Positions 50,401-61,510 of a DNA stretch of 64,000 bases are shown here, piece by piece (position 1 is the stretch's first letter; every line of letters begins with the position of its first letter). A program made the position numbers and the translations under genes. The stretch is from positions 16,120,001 through 16,184,000 of the forward strand of contig CM120640.1 of the NCBI GenBank assembly GCA_051362555.1, written 5' to 3'. This DNA comes from Lingula anatina (taxonomy: Eukaryota; Animalia; Brachiopoda). The notes beneath the pieces are model-generated. The model made no database searches. It worked only from the letters and a program-made list of their open reading frames with translations, and was not told the origin of the DNA.

Positions 50401-53224
50401 GAAGAGATATATTTGCATAACCTTAGGTGATTAACAATGACTGTGAAATTAAATCGTAAGAGTCAGTTCTCTACTGCTTATCATGTAACTGATCTTACAC
50501 CACATCATGATTTACAACTTTTTATTGAACAACATAAAATTCCACCTGTTTATTGAATTAATCTTTTTATTTAAACTGGAGACTTAGCACAGTGGTGTCA
50601 ATCTCTGCTAGACTATACCCTTACATTGAACAGTCTGTCACAGTAGATGAGATGGAACATCAAGCACACATCCACTGCGTCATTTCCCGTACTAGCTGGC
50701 TCTGGACTAGTCCCTGCCCCAGCAAACTGTCTGTCCTCACTCAGCCTGTGAGCCAGAGACTCTATACCAGAGTCTGCCGTGGTGGTGGTCGACTCGGGAC
50801 TAATCAGGGGTTTGTCCTCTAGACTACCTCTGCTGGACTTTCTGCTGGTACTCCTGAGGAGGCAGAAAAGGATAAATGGTTAATTTTGAAATATTATCTA
50901 TTAGCAGTAGAGACTTCATTCTAGTTTTTATACATACAACTTATCTACCAAGTAAAGGCTTATATGTAAAGGCTTAATTTTAATTGTTGTAGATCAATAT
51001 CAATTTATACTGTCATACTGGAACTGGCAATTCAGTTTCTTTCTATGTTAATCCAATTGAGAAAAGAAATCTCATAACCCAAGTCAAGTTTCAGATTTAC
51101 TATGGGTCAACTTTTTAATTTTCAAATTTTCACATGTGCCTTGCTTATCCAAAAAGCATTCCCATAAAACTTGAAACACAGGGCGCCATTGTTCCAGACG
51201 TGTACCTTCTACTAGGGCTGTCCCAGTCCTCCTGATTGCCCTCTTCCTCCAGGTCTAGGAAGTCAAAGGCCTCCAAAGCACTCTCTATTGAGATACTGTG
51301 AACGCTGGGAGAGCGGGACCGACTCATTCGCTTCTGTTTCTAAATAGAACACAGCATGGGTGTTAGATATATAGTGCAAAGGGTTTACATAAGAAAAAAA
51401 AAGAATGATAAAAATTTTATATATTTATATAAATTTCTCTTCTTTGTATTAGAATAGTTCTACAGAAGCTGATTATGTGAAACAGTTAAATACAAGCTCA
51501 TTTGGCTCATTTGAAAAAAGAAATGCAATACTCCCGCCCATATTCCATTGTCACATTAAATGAGGCGGACAGTTCTACTGCATGATTTATTCTCTCTGAG
51601 AATAATTGACTCCCAGGGTGGCAATAAAGTCATCCCAATACTTAAATGAAGTATGATTTGATTGCTTGGTAAATGACCAGAATTTCTGTTACATTACTCA
51701 TCTTCTACGCCCAAATTTAACTAGCAATTTTTATACAGAAAGAAAGGCTAAAAATATATCAATCTTGAGAGCATTTTAATCAGATATTTGCAAATAGATC
51801 AAAATTTTGACAGGGAAATCTAAATCAGTGCTGTAGTTCAAAAGAACTTGCTGTGCAAACATTTTGCTTAAAATGTTTTGGTTTTATTGATTAGACAAAA
51901 AAGTGAATCATAATGATACAATTTTCTTTTCCATTCAGTCTGCTGGAAAGTGGAACAATTATTTCGATTTGAAAAATTACATGTGAGTCATATATCAGAT
52001 TTCAGCCAACTTCACTAATGACATAAAAGCAATACAGTGAGACAGTTGAAGGATGAAATCTCAGCAGTGAAGCACATTTGAAACCAGATTAAAGACATTA
52101 TCCCTTCAACTATTCCTAAGTCAGAAGACCATTTAAGGAAAATGAATCTTTGTGTAAAATTTGATTTTTCACTAGGTTAGTCAAACTGTGAAAATCATAA
52201 ATAATTACTATGTGAATTTAGTGGGCAAGAAATTACCAGAGCCCTGCCCATGGATTGTTATGAATTTTGACCTGGGTACAAGATACAAAGCTAATATCTA
52301 TGATATGTATAATGTGTAATTATGAAATGTATATTAAACAACATTGTATAGCACTCACTGCTAGCATTTCCTCCAGTCTGCTAATCTGCTCCTCCAGGTG
52401 CCTTAAAGCTGGATACTGGCCCTGGTAATCCTCCAGTGTTGTCTTTATCGCATTCAATGCCTGCTCCAGAGTTCTTGGCACCTCTTCATGAGGGCTCAAA
52501 TGCATACCCGTAGTTTCTGACAATAATCTCATATCAAAAAGTTTTGGTTTTGCCACCCTTTCGGTGCCCACGGGCTCCTGGGATGACAAAAATATCTCAC
52601 TCTTAGGCCTGGGCCTGTCTTGTTTACTGCTGCCATCTTGTGAATGTTTCTCCTGATGACTAGAACGTCTTTTAATCTCAGTTTTTGAACTTGACGCCTC
52701 ATCAAGTGGCAATTTTTTGTAGTCTGAAGTAGCAGGAGATGTTGGTTCACTGTGAACAACAACATCTCCACAGATTGAATGTCTGTTGCCAATTATTAAT
52801 GAGTCATCATGGGGCCTCATTTCTACAGGGACTGAGAAACGATTGGGCACAAATACCAAACTTCTGTCATGGCTACCTTCTCCCAAGAATTTGTTCTTTC
52901 CATATGCATTATCTCCAAGCCTGTTTAGTCTGTCTGTGGATACAAACTCAGACACTGGTCTTCCCACACGGCGTGTGGGGGAGGAAGATGAACTGCTACT
53001 GCTGCTGTTGGTACCAAGGCTGTGTTTGTCCTACATAGGAAAATGTTTCCAAATTAAGAATTCTCTCTATGTCTTTGCTACAGTATTATACTGTTTAAGT
53101 TTTAATTAACAAAAGATTTTATTTATTGATGGAATTTCGATAGGTACGGATGGTTTTTAGTCAACCTAAATTATAGAAAAAAAAAATTCTAAAAATTAAA
53201 ATCTGGTTTGTCGGGTAAGGATAT

Positions 53225-53280
<56 letters not shown>

Positions 53281-56200
53281 TTGTTAATCTTACAGGAGAA
53301 AACCTCCAGTCTGTCAGCCTCCCATCATCTCCAGTGAGTACCATAACTGAGGAAGCCTTCTGAGCCCTGGCCGCATTGACATGCACCCTGGGCAGTCCAC
53401 TCCAGCCACCACCTATATCTTCAGCACCATCTAGAGGACTGAAAACAAAGATGACAATATCATTAGAATGGTATTGGCATAGTATGGTATTGTATTTTAA
53501 TTATTCAAATTGTATATGTAAGTGTTTAGTGCATTGAAATGTTTTATTATAGACTGCTCTTTATAAGAAATATGATTCTGTCATAAAACTATCGTAAGAC
53601 ATTTATGACATTGAAATTGATATAGGCCATCCTTAACAATACTCAATGAACTGAATGTCTTACCATGGATCTTTTTTTATTTATTAATATTGGGTTCAGC
53701 AGTTTAATTGAAATGACATTTTATGGAAAACATAATCTGCATTTAATCAAAACTAACTTTCAAATTAGTTTTCGATTATTGCCAATAACTTTAAAATCTC
53801 TTTGAAAGCAACTTCTGTTTCACCAACAAGTTAGCCTAAAAGCAACTATAAACAATAAACCTATTACTTTAAAAGTGGAACAATGTCACACAGTAAAAAA
53901 CAATATGATTATTACACGAGGAAAAAGCCCACTTTCAACTTCTGCCCTTATCTGTCAAATCTCTGACGTGAATCAAGAATCCCACTTTGTTTTCTACAAT
54001 ATTACAGGAAATGGATAAATCAATAGCAGTCTCTTCTTTCCACTTACTTCCAGCTGATGATAAGACTGAGTTTTAGAGAGCCAATCTGGTTGAGATTGAC
54101 AGTCATCAATTGTGGGTTGGCTGCAAATAGGTCTTTGGTATCGCAGTGTTTTTCTCCCAGCAGTGTGTTACGTGACAAAGTGTGCACTTCCTCTGCCTAC
54201 AATAATCAACATGTTGTGTGAATAATAAAATTGCAGCTGGCTTATGTGCCTACCATATATTTACTGGAATGAGGAAGAAGTGTGATTTATTAGAATGTGG
54301 GCAGTTTTTTAAAAGTATTTTGCTCTTATGTGAAGGCAGCAATTAATTTGCTTTCCAAATTTTCCTTTTCAAGCTCCACATAAAATTTACCTTTAACATT
54401 TAGTCAATTTTTTTTTAACAGTTTGGTCATGTTCATCAACCACAAAATGAGAAAAAATTCACTCATTTGCCTTTCTTAATTATCTTTGACATCAATTTTA
54501 ATGAGCTTTGTTAAATGATGACAATAAATCTTGTACAGAACATTACTGATATACCAATAAAAATTCACGTAAATGTAATTACACTTCAAACGTATTGTTT
54601 GTTGTTCTTATCCAGCTCATATCCAACCTATACATTTAAATGAGCCTGACAGACCTACAAGTGTGCAGCTATGAGTGCCTCCATTAATATGTGATATCAC
54701 GGGTGTCCATTATGAGACATCATGTGTGTGGAATGCACGTGCAGCCTACCTTAACAGTGAAAACATGCCCAAGCAAGCACTTGAACATGGTGTTCCCGTG
54801 CTCCCACTTCTGCTGGCTACTCTTGTTGATCTTCCCCTTGGCCTTCCATTTCTGAGATCCATGCCTGATAGTGATATCAAACACATCCCCTGGGCACAGC
54901 CTGGCAAAGCCCACCATACCTGGAACACAATCGGGCAAGCTGCGTGACTATCTCAACATCTTGACAATAATTCCTCATAAATTTTAAACACCATTTACAA
55001 TTCCCAGTTTAACAACAACTACTACAAAATGCTGTCACCAGTCACATTTTAGAACTTAAAAATTATTTTGAGAAATTTGTCCATATATCTTATCGAGGAA
55101 TTAATTCAATAGTGCAGACTGGATACTATTTTCTCATGTTTTTACCTTCAAAGTGTCTTTTCATACATAAGAGCTAGGTGTTGAATATAAATATCATATT
55201 TATACATTTCACTTTCATATATGCATTCTTCAAGAGTTACTCTTTGATATAAAGGAAAAATGCCTTCAGCTGATGTAAAGCTTCTTGTAATGCTTTTCCA
55301 TAAGAGTACATTTACACTCTGAATAAAATGACATCATCATGCAATGCTAAATTGTTACTTTTGATGAAAGTTACAGATTGCAAAATATCCCAATAGGACT
55401 GGTTTGATTTCATCTCTACTTTCATCAGAATTTGCTTCTTTCTATTGCTTTATCAGTAAGACTCATCTTCTCACCTTTGATTCTACAATGAAAAGCTCCC
55501 ATCACGCTTTCTAACTGGGCTTCAATTGCACACATATTCTGGAAAATAAAGAAGGAAAAAAGTTCACAAATGTTGTACACTCATTCAAAAAGAGATAAAT
55601 GTTTGCTTTTCAAATCACCTTTTATCTCTTTGCCCTCTACACAAAAGTACTATTAAGTGACACATTATTCAACTGTAAAAGTTATGTTTCTCACACTGAT
55701 GAGTCAACTTTTTCCCTCCTCTGATGCAGAAACATAATTACATTCCTCTTACTTATCTCCTGACACAAAACATGTACATATGCTGTATAACCTACAGCAA
55801 CCAACACCAATATCCAGGTAAACTGTCAAGAGCAGGCACATAATGAACAAGACTGTGGATTATCATGTTTTCTTTTCTTCTGAATTTCCTGTGTGAAATC
55901 ACACCTTTTCACTACAGTAATTACTCGATCTTTTCAATCAGGGAAAATTGTGAATTTCACAGATACTGTATTTCTTAAGTCATAGTTTTTTTAAAAATAA
56001 CAACATTCCTATTGAGTGGTAGTAACAAAGTTGAAAAGCAGGCTATTCTACTCTTTGAAGTAAAAGCACCACAAATGATATACAGAAATATTAATTTTTA
56101 TGATGTTAAAATAATGATTTTTGCCCATTGAAAAGATAAGACTCTTTGCCCAAATAACCATCAGACTTCTGTGTTGTTACCTGATTGCATTCTTTGAATC

Positions 56201-56653
56201 CCAGCTTGACATTGGCAAGATGCTCTTTCTGTTTACCAGGCGATGAGATAAAAGCACGTGCCATATGCCGTGCACCATCTCGCAGACGTAATTGCACATG
56301 ATACTGTTCGTGAAGCTCTTCAATCTGTAACAATGAAAAATAAATAAAAGACCTGGAAGCAATGAGTGTGTGAAAACAAATAGGGGCTCATCATTTATTT
56401 ATTAAAAATGCAGAATGACAGTCAAACTTGCAAGGCTTCATATTAAAGCCGAAGAATATGTTTTATCACAGAAATTATGAGCATTGTATTATTGTGACAG
56501 ATAAATAGGAATAAGGGACAAAACAGAGACCTTGACAAATATGACCACATGAATACTTTCCAATTTTTTGAACAATAAAAGTGGAAAGGAAGTTTTCTAA
56601 ATTGGAGGGACAATTAAAGGTATAAATATCAAAATTTAAACTGCAGATCTAAT

Positions 56654-56737
<84 letters not shown>

Positions 56738-59700
56738 ACGCACACGCGCATTAGAGCACATATCTTCTACATGAAGGTGAAATCCTCATTATCTTGTTCT
56801 AAAGCATATTATCCTTCCACTACTTTTGTAGTAAGTACAGTTTTTAAACATTAAATATAATTTATGATGACAAAAACGGCAAACCTATACTAACCACAAG
56901 TTCCTTCCAATGACTTAGATGTTTCACTGACAGATATTTTCTTAAGGACACCATTCCCCCCTCCTTTTCTTTTTTTTTTTTTTTTGAAAATGTAACTTAT
57001 AATTTGTATATATGTCTTTATATTATTTTCATATGGTGAATAAACAATACAAAAGCTTCAGGAATAAATATTTCACAATAATAATAATGTACTCTGCCCT
57101 TGAAATAAGAAAGGCAAAAAAAAAAAAAAAAAACATACATTCCACAATTTAACAATTGTTAACACTCTGACTTTGTGTGACTTGTATCCATTTTTACAGT
57201 GACACAGAACAAGTGACAAGTCCCCACGAGGAATAGGAAATATGCAAGCTCATGCAACTCCATACTTCAGTATGGTAATGTGTAAACAGCCACCCTAAGG
57301 CTACCGAGCCAGCGTGCATTCTACTCAGTAATACTGTATGACTCAGAGGGCACATTATACATCAACATAAAATTCAAAAGCTGGAACTAATGGAAAATCT
57401 GCGGGCCTGTATGCAAAGTACTAGGAGCGGATGCATCCTCAGTCTCAACAACACAATGTAATCTTAATTTATTATTCCTTTTTTTTTTTCAAGTTATAAC
57501 TTTTGGCTTGGAGATGTGTTATTGCTTCATGAATAAGTGATCATGTTATTGATTCTCACCTTTGCTAAATGGAATTCCAGCCTTTTCTTGTATCTTTCTG
57601 CTGATTTGATTTGCTGCAAATTAAATGAAATATGTAAGGAATATTGATTTGTCAAACATATGTCATTAGTTGTTACCTGACTTATACAGGGACCAATGGC
57701 AATGCCATGTATTTTACATAGAGGTTTCACTAAACTGCATCTAAAATTGCTCCAAAAAAAGGGCTAAATAAAACAAGCATGATGAAACCAAATGCAGAGT
57801 GTGGCATGAAATTATTCTCATCACGTAAAAAGAAATATTTCTATGGAATAGGCAGGTATGTTGTGGTAAACCAAAAGGGAAATACAGATAATTCAAGCCA
57901 AATCATCCATATCTTTTCTACATGCTGGAGCAATCTCCCACACTCTCAGGTGCCTCTGAGGCAGGAGCACGAAGAAAATAAAGATATAATATTACAGCAG
58001 AGATGCATTTATCAAACCAGATGCTATCATTTAATGAAGGTGTTGCTCATAGAGGTGCCTGGCACTTCAGTGGAAGCTGTAACATTAACATGATATCCCC
58101 CCCTCCCCCTCAACCCCTTTCCCCATATGAAAATATGGAACTTGTATGAGACAGGGAAAGATGTACACCTACAGACTCACTGCCACCAACAGAAAATGTA
58201 AAGACGAAAGGTGCATGCCAAGATCACTGAATACGCTGCTAAAATTGAAAAGTTGTTAATCAAGCAAAATCCAAATGGCAGTGATGCAAATGTAGAGAAA
58301 CATGCATGGGAACACATAAAGGTCAGGTGATTGGGCTCATAATGCATGCTTATATATGTTCTTGACTTAAAATTCAAATAAAGAATGCTCCTTGGAATCA
58401 ATGTGAACTTCACAATGGCCTATCTTAGTTGCGGTAGTTGACATAGATCTTTCCATTCAATCTCCATATTTAAAGCATATGTAAAGGTAGTTCTTGTGAA
58501 AAAACTGAAGACACAAGATAATGGCAGTACAACAACATCAATAATGGTTTTCAAACTGCTATGTCCATGCAAGCATTTTATCCTTAAGTGACAGATTTGA
58601 ATGAATTAGAGTTAGTAGAATTTATGCAGCAAAAACAGTTATTAATATGTCCCCATGAACAATAACAAAAAAGAAAAAACAGTATGACCAACAAAAAGAA
58701 AGAAAAGAAAGTGATATAAGCAAGTAAAATGGACAATGAATGCCAATTACCTTGTCCATTTCATGAAGTTTTGCCTAGAAAAGAAAGTTGGCTCTTTAGG
58801 GTAGGTAAGACAAAAAAAAATAGATATAGAGAGTAATTCCGCATGGTTCTGGGCAATTTCTAAACTTCTTATCTGTAAGTACTTTGGGTAATAAAAGGAA
58901 AAAATGTCAATAGGTTATAAACATTTATACTCTGCATCTATTTTTTCCACATCCCAAATGACATTAAGATTCTTTGGACAAAAAAAAAAAAAAAAAAAAA
59001 AAAAAAAGAAGAAAGAAATTACCTAAATAACAAGTAGCATATACTGTATCCATTTTTAAACATTATTATTCAACACCTGATAATATTAGAAAAAAAAAAG
59101 ATAAACTGAAACAGAAGGGTGGTCTTTTGTAGTACACTATTAAGTAAACAATTTGAATAAACAGGCATTTCTTGTTAACAACATAAAAAGGTCACAAAAA
59201 TATTACAGGTGGAAATCTCGTGGTGAAATATTGGCAGGAACATCATGTTTCTTGACGAAAGCAACTTAAATTTCAGCTTTCAGGTCATAACCTGAACCTT
59301 GCATTAGGTCCCCTATTCTTATCAAGTTAAATCTTTCCCTCATTTCTTTTTTCCTGTCAAAATGAAAATTCTCTGTACATTATCTAGTATTTCCAAAAAA
59401 TGGGTTTTCATGACACAGGATTCTTCGGCTTGTTTGATGGTGAGAAAAATGGAACCAGAAATGCAATGCAGTGAGACTATTAGCTTAGACCCTTATAAAA
59501 TGCGTCTTGATTGCCTACTTTTCAAGGATCAATACTTCAGGAAAACTTCAAAGAGAAGATTATTGGAGCTAAGCAAGAATAGATAGTATGTCAATAACAA
59601 CTGTGAAAATGAGTGATGAAAATTGCCATATTCATCATTTTATGTCACATGAACTGTGTAGCCTAGACCATTTCATGTGACAATTATAATGTTCAGTATG

Positions 59701-61510
59701 AAAAACTTATTCTAAGCAAAAATAATCAATTAAACGCAAAAAAACTTTCAACAAGAGTTTCAGTCATGCCAGATATCAGTTATATCCACCACATAACTTG
59801 TGTCAAAATTCTCACCACTGTGAAAAAGAGGCATATTCAATTATAATAATTTGATGAAACGCATTCACCAAATCCATGTATAGTAAATTAGCTGCATGTC
59901 ACAAGAATTTCCCTTAGGTTGACATGAAGCAAAATCCCCAATGATTTCTTTTCCACATCTCTTGGTATCCATGGAATCAAATGAAGGTTAAATAATCATG
60001 ACAGATGAGAGTAATACAAAAGCGGACTCCTAACTGAGCTGCAGCTGCATCAGTTGGATTATTTTGCTCACCTGTGCAGAAGAGGAATTTGTGATTTCCT
60101 CGGACTTATTCCTCAAGGACTGGACATCTTCTTCTGTGGCTGCTATGCAATCACTGAAATGAAAAAATAAATACTGGTAATAATCAAGAGACTAAAATAA
60201 TGTGTAATGAGTCTGAGCAAATGTACCCCCTCTCCCCCTTTAAGGTTCCTTCAAACAATAAGGGTATATGACATGAATTCAACCAACCCCAAAATGCTAA
60301 TGTTGACATTTTTGCCTGCATTTTAATATTTGTCTTGATTATATATTTTTTTCTTTTTTTCATTTCACAAAAGGCACATATTTATTTAATGCCAACTAAC
60401 ACTTTTGTCCTCAATTTGATGTTTGGCTGATATAAATTTTCATTTCACAAAAGGCACATATTTTTCAGCTTATCAGGGAAATCCTGGACAGACTGTGAAA
60501 GATTTATGAACAACAGAACCAGGTGTTGGCTCTACATCTCGATCTGCTTTCTTCAAGGTCCATCCACACTTTCAATACAAAATGGGTCTCCAACATTTCC
60601 TTATTAAAAAAAAATGACTGGGCCCCAGCCCAGCAAAAAGCCACCTGATTAAAGACTACATCTACATCTATTATTTTGCAAAGGTGACCTTTTGGTAAAC
60701 AGGAGACAGACACAATCTGACTAGTACACAATCTAGGAGTAAACAGAATGTTATGGAACCCATTCCATCTTGTCAAGTGTGAACAGATATTCAGAGAGCC
60801 AACCTCAAACTTCATTTTCTAGAGTTCCTCAGGGGACTGGATTAATTTAGCCATGAAAAGGGCCAAAATCAATTTCACAGTGTGACAGACAATGGAGGCA
60901 TTAGACATAATTCCTCTGCACATCATTTCACAAAGGAACTCATTTCCAAGACATGTAAGTCTTAAGAACAGAATTCTGAACATATAATTTCACTGCTGTT
61001 ATTTCATAGATGAAGGAAGAGGTGCAAAATAAAATGAAATAAAATAAAAGAAATATTTCATTTCACTCTTAGAAAATATTCCACAAAAGATCTTTCCTCA
61101 AAATAAATGTCATGTCCTGTTTAGTTACTAAGACTCAACTTCATAATTAATATGTTTCAAGCAATCTTAAACATAAAAAAATGTCAAACGATACCCTGAT
61201 ATCCATCAATAATATCTTACCGTAGACCTTTTCTGATGCTTTCAAAGATGACAACTGTCCTATTGGGTCTAGGCACTTTTGGCATGTTAGGTAGCTTTCG
61301 AAAACTCTGACTCAAATTTGTTGTGCTTTTAAAGATATGTTTCCGTTGCAGCCGCGGGCTGCGTAATGTCTCCCCCAGGACAGGCTGATTGAGCATGCCT
61401 GCGAACGAAATGCTCCGTTGTAGATTGCTGTCTGCCATCTTGTGGTGCGAGTCGTTTAATGCCATCACACTACCATAGTGCTTGTCGCGTTCATTTATCT
61501 TCAAATACAT
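47332..61510 (-). CDS. RIPOR1: Rho family-interacting cell polarization regulator (RIPOR/FAM65 family), complete CDS, 19 exons, 1023 aa if the first in-frame ATG is used
   Basis: Exons in transcript order: 61510-61221, 60153-60072, 58774-58751, 57613-57560, 56324-56181, 55538-55475, 54919-54750, 54196-54048, 53438-53294, 53030-52359, 51339-51206, 50853-50625, 50392-50260, 49377-49219, 48990-48841, 48597-48448, 48189-48059, 47811-47718, 47429-47332; 3072 nt, all GT-AG and in phase. Family motifs: RSISFAG, RLEFHLAKIEELHEQY..Q.RLRDGA, GFARLCPGD, SIESALEAFDFL, STGN..VD.CL..HL.YC, and a C-terminal HEAT-like region. Vertebrate paralog (RIPOR1/2/3) not resolvable. Confidence 0.92.
47718..47811 (-). 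CDS. RIPOR1: RIPOR coding exon 18 (HEAT-like)
   Basis: ttttag|ASETIEQLVYVCETDTSIVVKKSAKEAVFSF-G|gtaaga. Confidence 0.9.
48059..48189 (-). CDS. RIPOR1: RIPOR coding exon 17 (HEAT-like)
   Basis: ttacag|VTYLQRLSS...FIEALEDHNADIRCGACVALSALR|gtgagt. Confidence 0.9.
48448..48597 (-). CDS. RIPOR1: RIPOR coding exon 16
   Basis: tcacag|LWMCGKLRSTDPDVVIKTI...LLISNNSEIKQTT|gtatgg. Confidence 0.88.
48841..48990 (-). CDS. RIPOR1: RIPOR coding exon 15
   Basis: ttacag|VFRKTLAKILD...VTLHQFLSFF...YVEDLATE|gtaagt. Confidence 0.9.
49219..49377 (-). CDS. RIPOR1: RIPOR coding exon 14
   Basis: tttcag|VMSEVTSNPRLKEFWQKSV...FDIVASK-G|gtatat. Confidence 0.88.
50260..50392 (-). CDS. RIPOR1: RIPOR coding exon 13
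   Basis: tttcag|NLGKFGPLKCRETYSLDHLQMQGKIIEKLLDIAKAGKHVANIEK-G|gtgagg. Confidence 0.9.
50625..50853 (-). CDS. RIPOR1: RIPOR coding exon 12
   Basis: cctcag|STSRKSSRGSLE...ADSGIES...STGNDAVDVCLMFHLIYCDRLFN|gtaagg. Confidence 0.9.
51206..51339 (-). CDS. RIPOR1: RIPOR coding exon 11
   Basis: atttag|KQKRMSRSRSPSVHSISIESALEAFDFLDLEEE...PSR|gtacac. Confidence 0.9.
52359..53030 (-). CDS. RIPOR1: RIPOR coding exon 10 (large, Ser-rich linker)
   Basis: atgtag|DKHSLGTNSSS...LEDYQGQYPALRHLEEQISRLEEMLA|gtgagt. Confidence 0.9.
53225..53280. repeat. Compound (TC)n(AC)n microsatellite
   Basis: Directly visible, just inside the donor end of RIPOR intron 9. Confidence 0.95.
53294..53438 (-). CDS. RIPOR1: RIPOR coding exon 9
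   Basis: tttcag|PLDGAEDIGGGWSG...DWRFSP|gtaaga. Confidence 0.87.
54048..54196 (-). CDS. RIPOR1: RIPOR coding exon 8
   Basis: ttgtag|AEEVHTLSRNTLLGEKHCDTKDLFAANPQLMTVNLNQIGSLKLSLIISW|gtaagt. Confidence 0.92.
54750..54919 (-). CDS. RIPOR1: RIPOR coding exon 7
   Basis: ttccag|GMVGFARLCPGDVFDITIRHGSQKWKAKGKI...HVFTVK|gtaggc. Confidence 0.93.
55475..55538 (-). CDS. RIPOR1: RIPOR coding exon 6
   Basis: ttccag|NMCAIEAQLESVMGAFHCRIK-G|gtgaga. Confidence 0.92.
56181..56324 (-). CDS. RIPOR1: RIPOR coding exon 5
   Basis: ttacag|IEELHEQYHVQLRLRDGARHMARAF...GFKECNQ|gtaaca. Confidence 0.92.
56656..56736. repeat. (GT)n microsatellite
   Basis: Directly visible. Confidence 0.97.
57560..57613 (-). CDS. 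RIPOR1: RIPOR coding exon 4
   Basis: ttgcag|QIKSAERYKKRLEFHLAK|gtgaga. Confidence 0.92.
58751..58774 (-). CDS. RIPOR1: RIPOR coding exon 3 (24-nt microexon)
   Basis: ctttcttttctag|AKLHEMDK|gtaatt; corresponds to the family 'LYDLDKQ' segment. Confidence 0.82.
60072..60153 (-). CDS. RIPOR1: RIPOR coding exon 2
   Basis: tttcag|DCIAATEEDVQSLRNKSEEITNSSSAQ|gtgagc. Confidence 0.88.
61221..61510 (-). CDS. RIPOR1: RIPOR coding exon 1
   Basis: Exon begins at 61522 after a ttccag acceptor; in-frame TAA two codons before the ATG; ...LQRSISFAG...PRPNRTVVIFESIRKGL-CG|gtaaga. The true start could be a later Met. Confidence 0.85.

Noticed and set aside
52529-53109. Overlapping alternative-frame and antisense ORFs over RIPOR exon 10
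   Set aside because: Shadow ORFs of a real coding exon, with no independent splice or homology support.
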